This document shows positions 1 to 14,875 of a DNA stretch of 64,000 bases, piece by piece. The stretch lies in assembly GCF_009914755.1 (NCBI RefSeq), contig NC_060930.1; one strand, 5' to 3'. A model generated the notes under the pieces. It was not told the origin of the DNA, searched no databases, and worked only from the letters and a program-made list of their open reading frames with translations. Within the stretch, counting starts at the first letter, position 1. Each line of letters opens with the position of its first letter. Position numbers and translations under genes: made by a program. The stretch is from the human T2T-CHM13v2.0 reference genome, Homo sapiens.

Positions 1-1722
<1,722 letters not shown>

Positions 1723-2070
1723 ATGTCCTAATGCCATTTTTACCCCAAACTCTGAGACTGATTATCCCATCTCTAAATACAACCTTGTCTCCTCCAGATC
1801 ATCCTCTCAGTTACTCCAACCCTACCTGTCTTCACCTTCACCAGGGTTTGGAGAAGTTCAACTCTTCCGTGCAACGCTTTTTCCTCACCACCCCCTTCCT
1901 GCTGCCTTCACTTCTTCTCTGACCTAGACTCCGCAGCCCACCACCTTCACAAAATCTGGTTAATATCCCAAACCCCACTGTTTTTTTTTCTTCTAATCTG
2001 CTCTGCCCCATTCTTCCAAAACCCTATCCCTAGACCCATCTTTTTCTCTTCTTCGTGCTCCTAAACTTAG

Positions 2071-2258
2071 GCTACCAAGCTTTGCTGGGGAAAGCACTCC
2101 AGGTGGGTGTTACTACAAATCACCGTCTGCTGACCCACTGGTACTACCTGACAGCCTTTGATATTTCCAGAGTCAATACCTGCTTTCCATTCTCCACAGC
2201 ATCTAATATAAGTCATGGCTTCTCATCTGTCCTGCTTCCCCGCTTCGCGTTCACCACT
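2071..2258 (+). CDS. Candidate internal exon of an unidentified spliced transcript (YQALLGKALQVG...PRFAFTT)
   Basis: Pyrimidine tract plus CTTAG acceptor at 2069-2070; ACT|GTGAGC donor at 2259; open frame that joins in phase to 5078. No expression evidence. Confidence 0.35.
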
Positions 2259-2404
2259 GTGAGCACAACTCCAGCTGCACACGCAATGACAGCTCCTGTT
2301 GGGTTCTCTCCTCCTCATGCCTCCTCCCGTCCCTGGTTGCCACTCCTTTCCTCTGTCCCTCCACCCCTTGGGGTGGTAACAGCTTCCCACTGCTGCCAGA
2401 CTCT

Positions 2405-3292
2405 GGGTGCCATGACACCCGTATATCCCGCTTCTCCCACACAAAGTGGGTGCCCTAAGATTCAATTCAATCCTGACACTAACAAAGTTAGCACGGATCC
2501 CATAGCCTAAGCGGCGGCTCTGTCCCACAAGACTGCCTCACCTCTGATGCCAGCCACAAGTTCCAGGTCTCCAGATGACTACCGCTTCTATTTGACTTGG
2601 CTACAAATTCAGGGGTTTCCGGCCCCACCTCAACTTCCATAATTCACTAGAATGACTCAAACTATTCAGGAAAGCACTATACTTACAATTATACTTTTAT
2701 TATGAAGAATATAAAAGTATAATATAATGTACTTTCATTATAAAGAATATAAAAGTATAATATACTTTTATTAAAAAGAATATAATATATATAAAGAACA
2801 GCCAAATCACGAGATGCATAAGGCAAGGTCTGGAAAGGACCCGCGTGCAGGCGCTCTGTCCCCATGGAGTTGACATGCATGCACCATTATCCCGGTACAT
2901 TGATATGTTCACCTACCTGGAAATACCCCCAAGCCTCATTTTTCAGAGTTTTTCTAGAAGTTTTATTACTTAGAGATGATTGATTAAATTATTGGCCATT
3001 GGTGACTGAACTCAGTCCCCACCCTCTTCACATCCTAGAGGTCAGTGGTGGGTCTGAAATTTCCAGCCCTTTAATCCTGTTGTTGGCTGCCCTGGCTAGC
3101 AGCCCCTCCCCTAAAGCTATCTGGGGGCCCACCAACAGTTACCTCATTAGCATAAACTCAGATGTAGTCAGAAGGGGCTTGTTATAGATAACAAAATACA
3201 CTCCTATGGCTCAGGAAATCTCAAGAGTTTTAGGAGCTCTGTGCCAGGAACCGGGGGACAAAGACCAAATACACACATTTTCTTACACCGCA
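2405..3292 (-). mobile_element. MER21-family LTR (MER21B/C-like)
   Basis: Reverse strand begins TGCGGTGTAAGAAAATG...TTTGGTCTTTGTCCCCCGGTTCCTGGCACAGAGCTCCTAAAAC, matching MER21. Left boundary approximate. Confidence 0.8.
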
Positions 3293-3471
3293 ACCCCCAG
3301 TTGTTTCCCCTTCTCCACCTGCACCTTTTCAGACGAACCACCTGTGTGGAATTTGTTTCCCAGCAGGACGCTGGCAGACACAGCGGGCCGTCCTGCGTGC
3401 CCACACGTGGTGCCATCAGCGCAGCATTTATGGCCCCACATTGCAGCTTTCTGTGAACCTGCTCACGTTCC

Positions 3472-3592
3472 TCACTAAATCACGGACTCCTTGAGGCAGA
3501 AACACGTCCTGGTCACTCCTGTATCCCCACCATTCTAGCCAGGTGCCTGGCTCACAGTGGTCGGCAATGGTTTTTAAAATGGATCAGTGAGT
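3472..3592 (+). mobile_element. L2 3' end fragment
   Basis: TGTATCCCC...GTGCCTGGC terminal L2 motif. Confidence 0.6.
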
Positions 3593-4049
3593 GTTTGCAT
3601 CTCTTATTCTGGGCATAAATTCATTCAGCACCTTGTATGTCAGAGACTGCTGTAGGTGCTGAACACAGAGAGAGGTGCCCCAGTCACTGCTAGGCTCTGG
3701 CACTCCTGTGCGGCACACACACCATGCTGGGGAGACAGAAGGGCCACCCACGTGGAGTTGCCTTTCTGCCACATCCTGGACATACCTTGGAGCAGCGCAA
3801 GTCTCCTTCATAGACACTGAGGCATCCATAGGACTGACTGACTCCACGGTGGCTCTGGGCTGAGGATTATCCTTACAGCTCCTGCCTCTCACATTCCAGG
3901 GACCTCTTGGCCTCTTTTCTAGGACCTGGGGAACAATGGTTTATTTGATCCTTAGCATTTTCCAGCTACTGGGAAGACTCCACCATTGGTGAGAACAGAA
4001 GCCCCACAGACTCTTCTCTCTGTCTGAGAGGTGAGGGAGTGGAGATTAG

Positions 4050-4250
4050 GGGTTCCAACTCCGCCTGGCTCAAATTCTGCCTCCACACTCCCCTGCACAA
4101 GTTACTTAACTCGGTTTCTACTTGCCTTAGTTTCTGCATTTATAAAATGAGGTGAGAATAATACTAATACCTCTTAGAATTGATTCAAGGAGCAAATGAA
4201 CACTTACAGCCTGTCATCAATACTAATAAATATAAACTGCCATTACTTTT
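4050..4250 (+). mobile_element. MIR
   Basis: CAAGTTACTTAAC...TAGTTTCTGCATTTATAAAATGAGG core. Confidence 0.7.
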
Positions 4251-5077
4251 TCTCCTTTATAATATCCTTTATGGGGTAAAAATAAGAAGATATGTCTACA
4301 TATTCATAAAGGAATGTTGGAGAGACACACTAGAAATTACTGAATAGGAGGTGGCAGAATAACTTTTCAACGTACAGATTTTTTAATCAAATTTTGTTGC
4401 ATCCAACAGATTTTAAAATTTTGCCCCTGTGGGTATGTACAATCATCTGAAGCTAAACACACACACATGCACACACAACCACACACTCTGATGCCACTCA
4501 CCTCTGTCCCTCCTCAGTGCACATGGGTCACAGTAGACATCTCCAGAGGCTTATTCTGTGACCTCACCATTCATCTGGGCTGAGCTAGAAGAAGAGCATT
4601 CAGATTAAAGGCCAGTGTTTGAGTCAGGGCAGAACACATCCCATTGGCAATGTCCTATTTATGTGGACTTGTATTTCCATTGACGATGACAACGGGAAAC
4701 AAAGATGGAAGCAGGGCCTGGATTGAAAATGCTTTGAATACATTATATCACATTAATTCCATGGAGGCTTTCAAACCAGACTGATCAGACATTTGAAAAT
4801 CATTTATCTTAAATGCGTCTCTGTAATGTACACGGGCATTAAAAATGACAGTGAATTATATTGATTTCATGTTTTACATTAAAAAACAGGAAGCATCTCA
4901 ATTCATATTTGGGGTGAGGACATTTTTCTAATCCCGTCATTAGCCCTCTAAGCATTCAAAATAACATCTCATTCCAGGCTTTCAAATAGCCACTCTTTCT
5001 AAAAAGCCAGCTAATGTATGCGTTCGCAGACACAAAGACCAAAATAAATCAAGTGATGCCTGCTCTGCTACCCTTAG

Positions 5078-5233
5078 GTGCTGAGATATAGGGAAAGGAA
5101 TGGGAACAAGGAAGCCATCGCCGGCCTCTCCAGCTCTGGAGGCTTCACAGCTTGCCTCCTCCTTCGTCTGTTGAGTCATCCCACACGCAACCACAACTAT
5201 GTGGGAGATTCTGTGCCAGGCTTTGGCAACTAA
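5078..5233 (+). CDS. Candidate terminal exon (VLRYRERNGNKEA...VPGFGN*), 3' part derived from antisense L2
   Basis: CCCTTAG acceptor at 5076-5077; 51 codons then TAA at 5231-5233; AATAAA at 5238-5243. Confidence 0.3.
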   Translation: MLRYRERNGNKEAIAGLSSSGGFTACLLLRLLSHPTRNHNYVGDSVPGFGN

Positions 5234-5330
5234 GAATAATAAAAGGGGCTTCCTGTCCTCAAGGAGCTTATTCTGTAGTGACAGGGACAGCACAGTCATG
5301 TAATTATAATACAACACAGGAGCCGCCAAA
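5195..5330 (-). mobile_element. L2 fragment
   Basis: ACTATGTG...TGTGCCAGGC...TGTCCTCAAGGAGCTTA resembles the reverse L2 3' region. Confidence 0.55.
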
Positions 5331-6120
5331 TGGCAGAGTGGAAAGAGAGCTGCTGGAACATGCCAAACGGGGATGCCTGGAAACCTAGGTGAATCGGCTT
5401 GTGACTATGTATTGGTTTGCTATCTTACATATTTGTCTCATCTGAGATGAAACGTAGAGGTCTGCTGTTCTATTTTCTTTGTGATCCAAGATATGCTGCT
5501 GGAGGTACAGTGCCAGGGACACTTTCATAGCAATGCATTCGTGTGCATGCAGGTATTCACTCATCAAACATTCAGTTAGTGTAAGGCCCTGTGTTAGCTT
5601 CTGCAAATACTGAAGACTGACAGGATGGTAGTTTTGGGTTTAGTCATTAAATAGGTACTGCCCTCTGGCATTATGACTCTATATCCTTGGACAACAGATT
5701 CCCATCCTGAACAGTGGTGGTGGGGGTCACCAAAGCCTAATCAATTGAAAAACAAGAGCAGGGTCCCACAGAGCCTGGGTTAGGAATCATACATTTCTGT
5801 CACCCTACACTCGCTGATTCATGCCCGTGGCAGACACTGCCACCCAATCAGGCGTTTGTCCATACAGAGACTGCGCACAGCTAAGAATCCTCTGTAATAC
5901 AATATTCGCCATTCTTGGTCTCTGTTCTAAAACAATGCCACCCAAAGAGGATGCTACCCCTCCCACACTTCATAGCAGGCAAGCGACCAGTACGAAAGAC
6001 GTTTGCCAAGGGATGAGGAGAGAACAGGGAATCTTCGGTTGTTTGTTAGACCACTTAGGGCGGCCTGCAACGCTGTGGCTAGGATTCCATAAGTATGCAG
6101 GGTGCTAAGGTGCCTCCACG

Positions 6121-6414
<294 letters not shown>

Positions 6415-6839
6415 GCCTCCATATTCTTTATCAGAGTTAGCCCTTTGTACAGCTCTGAGAACAGGTCACGCTTTCTCTCACAACAAGTCTGAGACCCACT
6501 ATGGTCAAACGCCTTCCTAAAGGGGCAGGACAAGGATGGGTGGGGAAATTGCATGTCTGAGACCCAGCACCCATTCCAGGATGTCACAGCTTCCCAAACC
6601 GAGGGCCACAGGCTATCTGCCCTGCACTTGCCACATCAGAGTCTGTGAGGGAATGCCACATGTATTCTTCCTAAGCTGTGTTGACACCAGTTGGAGTTGT
6701 GGAATACAGGGCTCAATTCAGACTACCTCCAACTGCCTGGCATGTGTAAGACTCAGCAAACCGTGGATACACGTGATGGAATCTCCTTCTGAAGGCCCTC
6801 CCAGTGACTGAACCTTAATAAAACCCCAACCGAAGCGTG

Positions 6840-6965
6840 TTTGGAGGGCCACCAGCATCAGGATCAGCTGGGGAGCTTTAGCAATCCAGATTGTGGGCCT
6901 TCACACTAGATCCTGGAACCAAAAATCCAAGGGTCCTGAGACTCTGCATTTTAAAGGCCCTCCAT
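6840..6965. mobile_element. MER5-like hAT-Charlie fragment
   Basis: CCAGCATCAGGATCAGCTGGGGAGCTT...CTGCATTTTAA. Confidence 0.5.
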
Positions 6966-7770
6966 GGTGAGGATGTGGAGACGTGGGAATGCTTGTACCC
7001 TGCTGGTGGCAATGTAAAATGGGTGCAGCCTCTGCGGAAGAAGTTTGGTGATTCCCCCAAAAATTAAACAGAGAATTGCCATATGATCCTGAAATTCCGC
7101 TTCTGGTTATATGCCCAAAAGAATTGAAAGCACGGTCTTGAGATATTGGTACACCATGTTCACAGCAGCATTATTCCCGATAGCCAAAAGGTGGAAGCAA
7201 CTCAAGTACCCATCAATGATGAATGAATAAACAAAATACATACAGTGGAATATTATTCAGCCATAAAAAGAAGGAAATTCTGACACATGCTACAACATGG
7301 ATGAACCACGAGGACAGGATGCTCAGTGAAATAAGACAGTCATAAAGGGGCAAACACTGTATGATTCCACTTACATGAAGTACCTAGAGTAGTCAGATTC
7401 ACAGAGACAGAAGGGAAAATGATGGTTGCCAGGAAGTGGGGGAGAGGGAGAAATGAGGAGTTGCTGTTTCGTGGAAATGAAGTTTCGGTTTTGCAAGATG
7501 AAAAGAGTTCTGGAGTTGGATGGTGGTGATGGGCATTCACAGCAGCATGAATGCCCTCAGACATGCAATTTCTCCTCCCATCCTAGTCCTGCCCCTTTGG
7601 GAAGGCATTTAACCACAGTGGGTCTCAGCCTCGTTGTGGGAGAAAGCATGGGCGACAGAGTGAAACTCCGTCTCAAAACATGGTGAAATGAGCTGCACAC
7701 TTCAAACGGTTAACATTGTGAATTTCTATTATATACATTTTACTACAACTTAATAATTTAAAAAAAGAAA
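6966..7770 (+). mobile_element. L1MB-like 3' end (ORF2 tail and 3'UTR) carrying a foreign insert at 7556-7688
   Basis: GAGGATGTGGAG...AATGTAAAATGG...ACATGCTACAACATGGATGAAC...GAGTTCTGGAG; resumes after the insert and ends in an A-rich tail. Confidence 0.85.
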
Positions 7771-7859
7771 GAAAGAAAAATAGCTCTCCAACTAATGCTT
7801 ATGCCATTAAAATTTACCTGAAACTTTTTACCTCTTACCTCCTGGCACCCTAAAGTCTC

Positions 7860-8530
7860 TCTTTTCTTTGCTCTTTGCATTTAATGTGTCACCAAATCCT
7901 TCATTCTTAGCTTAGAGTGGTCCTTCCTTTCCCATTCCAGGCCTGCACCACGTCGTGCCTGCCATGCTCCTCTCTGGTTGGTGCCCTGCAGCCTCTGGTC
8001 TATTTCCTATTTGGCCTGCTGAGGAAGTTGGTTTGCCCGAGTACTGTCCTGATGCTCTGTACAGCAAGGCTTTCCACATCCCCCATCAGCTGTCCCTGCC
8101 CCAGCCAGTTGACTCGGTTTGTCAGAAGTCTCAACACATGCCCTCCGTCCAAGTAGGCCAGCTTCCTTGTGGTCCCCTAAGACACCATGCTCTTTCTCAC
8201 CTCTGTACCTTTGCTCCCACAATCACCCACACAATGACGCTTCCCTCTTTCTGTACTCTGTCCGCTCAAGTCCCAACCCCACCTTGTCCATCTACTCCTG
8301 TACCCAGTCCTCTTCTTGGCCCTCGACTGCTGTACCTTCAGCATCCACATCAAAACACAATGAAGCACCTGGCCACTATCCTCAGCATTACTCTTGCCAC
8401 CCCATAAAAGGAGGACGCTGCTTCCCTGTACAGACCGTTTTGTGTTTCTTTTGTGTCTCCTGCAGTAGCACCTAGCACAATCTTAAACTCCCAGTAGATA
8501 TTCAACAGCTACTAGTTGATTGATGTGAAT
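7860..8530 (+). mobile_element. Degraded L2
   Basis: Pyrimidine-rich body ending GCACCTAGCACA...TAGTTGATTGATG. Confidence 0.5.
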
Positions 8531-9109
8531 AGATTTCAATTTAGGCAGCTGGGCTGAGCAAAAGTCACAGTACTAATCAGTTTCCAACATGTCAGCTGTG
8601 CTCTTTTAAATCTATTTGGGGTGTGTAGTCCTGGTCTGAGATTCCTGACAGTGGCTAAGAGGTTCTGGGTCTCCACATTTGGAAAAAGGCAGCTTTCAGG
8701 GTCATTTGAGGGCAAGGCTGGGAGTGTGGCGAGCTGGGTGCAGGACTGCATGGGAAGCAGTAGAAAAGTGTGAGACAGAGGCGGTGTCGACAACAAGGAC
8801 TCTGCAGGCATCTTCTGAAGAAACAGTGCTCTGTGGAAAGGCAGCTTGGATTCCTGGCTCTGAACTCGGGGGTGAGCAGGGAGATAGAAGGCTGGGCTGC
8901 TGCAGCTCAGACTGTCTCCAAGGGAAAAGAGTAAAGGTCAGGGCCAAAGACCACCCTACTCCTTGCCGCTCATGGCCACCACCTCTCACGGTTCCCACCC
9001 TCCCTCCTGCTAACGCTGCACCAATCTGGGTGAATGAAATAATCTGAAAAATCAGAGAGCTTGCCTCTGGCTAGTGAGAGCTTGACTTTCCACTTCTCCA
9101 TGGGCCGAT

Positions 9110-9320
9110 GCTCATTTATCAAATACTCACCGAGCCCCTGTGTGTGCAGGCACTCTGCAGGGCACTGGGACTGCAGGGAGCAAACCATGCAAACAGACTC
9201 CATCATGTCTGTGATGGCCGATGTGCCCGGCATCATGCTGGACACCGGAGACTCCTCAATGGAGATAGCACAGGCTTCCCAAGAAGGGACTATGGTCAGG
9301 AAGAAAGAGTTGCATGCAGG
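9110..9320 (-). mobile_element. L2 3' fragments
   Basis: TCATTTATCAAATACTCACCGAGC...AGGCACTCTG. Confidence 0.55.
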
Positions 9321-9444
9321 CATTTACAATATCAGGGTGGCACTCACACTGAAGAGTATTTAGAACTTGATGCTCATATGTCATATGTTTGGACAAAAAT
9401 AAAATAAAACTCTTTAACAGGGGAATATTTTTGTAAATGTTTAA

Positions 9445-9738
<294 letters not shown>

Positions 9739-10379
9739 TGTTTTTATTTTATTTTTTCATATTTTATATGATGTTTAAAAAACCTTCTTCATGGTGTCAT
9801 TGAAATGACTTTCTCCTATTTTACCCAATCTCAGCTTCCTGCTCTCACGGCCAACACTGGAGGCCACATATGCGAATTGTCTCATAAGCATATTTCATGA
9901 TTTCCAAGCACTTAGTCTTGGAGGTGTCCCTACTGAGTCACAGTCCCCAGAGGACTGGTCTCAGAAGGCCCCTCCCATCCAGACACCCTCATTCTGCTAA
10001 GGCATTGTCAACAACTGAGAGACTCTTTCCTGTCCCTTGACAATTACAGGTGTTGCATAGGGTGAGAGCTTTTTCTCACCTTGAGAAGTGCTCAACGCAT
10101 TCTTGGAAAATAAGGATTTAATACATTGCTCTGTTCTAAATAAGACTCTAGCCCATTCTCACTCCCCACCCCATACTTTCTGGCAAGGATGATCTTACAA
10201 AGCACTAAAATGACCTCATTCTGTTGTTATTTGCAGAACAAAAGACTTGTCTGTCCATAGATATTTTCCCACCATTGAAACTGGTGGTTGAAATTCCCAC
10301 AATAAGGGTCACTGGGTAATAGGTGTTCCCGCTAAAATGTAAATCCATGAACTGTGGGAAGGATCCCTGAAAGCAGTCG

Positions 10380-10730
10380 TCGAATCCCCTGGGGAGCTTC
10401 TAAAAATGCTAAATCAGGATCTTTGGGAGGTAACCATGATGACTTTTTTCAAGCTCTCAGGGTAGTTCCAATGAGCTGCGAAGTTGAGAACAGCTGCCTT
10501 AAGCTCACAGAATCCAAGGAGCTGCTGAGAACAGTTCAATCCTTCAGGTCCACAAGTCCTGTTCAAGGGGGCAGTAGGGGCCCCAGGAGAGGTCCTGCTC
10601 CCTCACTAGTCCCAGTGGGATTCATGGACCAGCAGCACCAGCATCAGCATCCTCTGGACACTTGTTTTAGAAATAAAGACTCCTCGAGCCCACCCCAGAA
10701 CAAAGAAATCAGAATCTGCATGTGCTAAGG
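10380..10730. mobile_element. MER5A/B fragments
   Basis: GTTGAGAACAGCTG terminal motif; GGACCAGCAGCA...AATCAGAATCTGCAT. Confidence 0.55.
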
Positions 10731-10973
10731 TTTGAAAGAGACATTCCAGATGATGTCTTTCAGGGTCTGCCGTGGGTGTCTGCTGGTGGCTCGCTGTTAT
10801 AGGTCCAATTGTGTCCCTCAGAATGTACATACTGAAGTCCTAACCCCCAGTACTTCAGAGTCTGACCTTATTTGGAGACAGGGTCTTTACAGAGGTAATC
10901 AGGTTAAAGTGACGTCATTAGGGTAAGCCCTGATCCAGTACGACTGGTGTCCTTATAAAAAGGGGAAATTTGG

Positions 10974-11886
10974 TTTTTAAATATTTTATGCTTTTAATTG
11001 ACAAATAATAATTGAACATATTCACGGGGTCGGGGGTACACAGTGATGTTTCAATACATATAGTGCATAGCAGGGATCCCCAACCCCCAGGCCACGGACT
11101 GCTACTGGTCCATGGCCCGTTAGGAACCAGGCTGTAAGGGGTGAGCAGCCTGTGGGTGAGCAAGTGAGGCTTCATCTGTATTGACAGCCACGCCCCATCT
11201 TTTGCATTACTGCCTGAGCTCTGCCTCCTGCCAGATCAGCAGTAGCATCAGATTCTCGAAGGAGCATGAACCCTGTTGTGAACTGTGCATGCGAGTTACT
11301 TATGATAATCTAATGCCTGATGATCCGTCACTGTCTCCCATCAATCTAGTTGCAGGAAAACAAGCTCAGGGCTCCCACTGTTTCTACATTATGGTGAGTT
11401 GTATAATTATTTCATTATATGTCATCACAATGTAATAATAGTAGAAATAAAGTGCACAATAAATGGAATGTACTTGAATCATCCTGAAGCCATCCACCAC
11501 CACCCCATCCATGGAAAAAATGTCTTCCATGAAACCAGTCCCTGCTGCCAAAAAGATTGGGGAACTGTGGTGTATAGTCATCAGATCAGGGTAATCAGCA
11601 TATCTGTCAGCTCAAACATGTATTATTTCTTTGTGTTGGGAATGTTCGCTATTCTCCTTCTAGCTGTTTGAAAGTACAGAGCATTGTTAGCGATAGTCAC
11701 CCTATAGTACTATGGGACAAAAGAACTTATTCCTCCTATCTAGCTGTGATTTTGAATCCTTTAATAAATCTCTCCCTAATCCTCTTTTCCCCATTCTTCT
11801 CAGCCCTGAGTATCCTTTGTTCTACTTTTTACATCTATGCGATCAACCTTTTTAAAGCTTCCATACATGAGTATGAACACGCCATG
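10974..11886 (-). mobile_element. L1MA-type 3'UTR fragment with 18-bp TSD
   Basis: TTTTAATTGACAAATAATAATTG terminus; TAAAAAGGGGAAATTTGG at 10956-10973 and 11887-11904. Confidence 0.85.
11071..11569 (+). mobile_element. MER1A (hAT-Charlie)
   Basis: CAGGGATCCCCAACC...GATTGGGGAACTGTG termini; 8-bp TSD GTGCATAG/GTGTATAG. Confidence 0.9.
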
Positions 11887-12852
11887 TAAAAAGGGGAAAT
11901 TTGGATGCAGAGACACACGTGTAGGGAGAGTGCCATGTGGACATGAAGATGGCCACCCGCAAGCCAAGGACGGAGGCCTGGAATAGAGTCTTCCCTTGTG
12001 GGTCTCAGAAGGCATCAACTCCACCAATGCCTTCATCTTGAACTTTTTTCTCTAGAACAGCGAGACAATAATCTCTGGTGTTGAAGCTACCAGTTTGTGG
12101 TAGCTCCTGGCAGTCCCAGGAAATGAATATACTCACACTGTCTCTTCTCTATTTTACTGCCAAACTTCCTGAGAAAGGGCCAGAAGGAGCCCATCGGCCA
12201 CTGTCATCCCTGATCTGCAGAGTCACTGGCAGGAGCCTATTGATGGGCTTTGCTAGGGTCAGGAGCCCAGAGGGAATTCCTCTGGCTGTGGGCAGGGTGG
12301 CGGTTGGTCACATGGCCAGCTCTCTTTGGAAGGAGGGAGAGTTTCTTCTCACAGAGGACCTCTCACCCCGAACCCAAGACTTGAGAACCCACCATGGCCA
12401 GTACACAGTATAGGGTACTGTAGGGACTACATTTGATTAAATTGTCTGTCCTGTAGACATTTGCAGACTGACTGGTGAAGGGAAAATCTTGATAACCTGA
12501 TAGGTGGAGCATTCTGGGGCCATCTACCTCTCTTGTGGTATCAGCTTATAGTCCAATCTCTTCATCCCGCTAAAGATCCAGCCTTCTCTGCCCCACACCC
12601 AACTTCTTTCAAGAGCTTAATGAACCATCCATCTTTTGCTGAAGGCTGGGAGATGGAGGAAAGGGCTGCATTGCCTTACAGAGGAAACCTATGCCAACAC
12701 GCCCTCCAAACTCCTCTTTCTCTTTCTCTGCAGAAATCATCCAAACCCTCTTCTTCATCTTCAGGGCCTCCATTTTATCATCCTCTCGACACCTCTTCTC
12801 ACAAATTTGGCAGCTGGCCTGTGGGTCATCAAACGGAAGCCAACTGAACGGC

Positions 12853-13386
12853 ACTGTCAGGGAGGTCCAGCCTGAGACCCCTGGAGCACCGCTGCCACTG
12901 AACAAGTTGGGTTTATCACGAGTTGCAGTGTGGGAGGACGCCCACCATGGGAGACATGGGGTGTCTCCATAGGAGGGTGTTAGGAAGGTTCCATGATAGG
13001 ATTTGAGATTTGGTTGGATGATTTGGGGAGGCTGTCAAGAAGTGGAGGTCGGCTCTAGATTAGATACTGTCAGAAAGATGGGCAAGTCTGTGATTGGGTG
13101 TCTCAACAACTCTCTATAAGGAAGGGAGATGAGAACAAGACAGAGCTGTCATCAGCAAAGTGGTAGTCATTCATTTTAGCCAAAAGAAGGGCTTTAGGGG
13201 GATATTTTTGTGGGTGGCATGGTGACCTTGATTTTGGTCTATGCTTATGCCGTCACCTTGCCTCATTGTGTCATGGTTGCAGACTGGCATCTGAGATTGA
13301 TATTCTGTGCTGCGGTGTATGCCCAGCTGTGAGTATCAGGCCAGTCTCTGGATGTCAGGGGTTGCAATTTGTTCATTTTCCCTGCA
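12853..13386 (-). mobile_element. ERVL-class LTR (MER76/MER88-group-like)
   Basis: Reverse strand starts ...GCAACCCCTGACATCCAGAGACTGGCCTGATACTCACAGCT. Subfamily uncertain. Confidence 0.6.
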
Positions 13387-13699
13387 CCACATTAAAGAAA
13401 AACCAATTCATTCAGCCAATTTCATTCACCCATTATTTTTCATGCACAGCTCTAAGCTGCAGTGAGGGGGTCTCAGTTTATCTCATGCATCCCCTGTATC
13501 AGGTGAGGGCATACAATAGGAGCTTTATAATGAAAGAGCAGGATGGATACCCATGCATTGGTTCAGCCAGCATACCTTTACCAAGGCCTCCTAAGAGCCA
13601 GGCTACCCTGGGCGTGAGCAGTTCCTGGATGAACACTACTCCATCCCTAAGATGCCAAGCTGTTTGCTACAAGTATTTGGGGTGTCGGGGTGAAGGGGT

Positions 13700-14140
<441 letters not shown>

Positions 14141-14538
14141 ATGGAGTCATACAGGAGGAGGTAAGAGTACTTTAAGGTGTCCCAGGGATAAGGTAGAGAT
14201 GGGTAGGGTGCTCTGCAGGCTGCAAGGACGGAGGAGCAGGCATTGCCAAATGAGAACACAGGTCTCAGAGTTTTTGGAGGGGCAGTGATGGGCCAAGTCA
14301 TCACAGATGAGTGATGACTCTCGTGGGCACAGGGGTTGGGGGAGGGCTGTGGAGAGGTGTCCTAACCACGAGAAGGGGAAATAGGTGTGTGGAGGGAAGT
14401 ACAGGCGGGGCAGCTGGTGCCTCTTGTTCCCTGTAAAATTTGGGGAAGTTAACGGAACTCTGGGCTCTCCACACCCAGGTACTGCTTACCCTGTAGGAAC
14501 TGCCTGTCATCCTGAGCTTTCTAAGAACGTGCCCTCCC

Positions 14539-14875
<337 letters not shown>

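Larger units (their letters stand above)
10795..12131 (+). mobile_element. MLT1B-like solo LTR split by a nested L1MA and MER1A
   Basis: TGTTATAGG start, AATGAATATA end; 5-bp TSD CTCGC/CTCAC. Confidence 0.85.

Noticed and set aside
5656-5672. Partial CTCF-like motif (reverse GCCAGAGGGCAGTA)
   Set aside because: The 5' consensus positions mismatch; unsupported without ChIP data.
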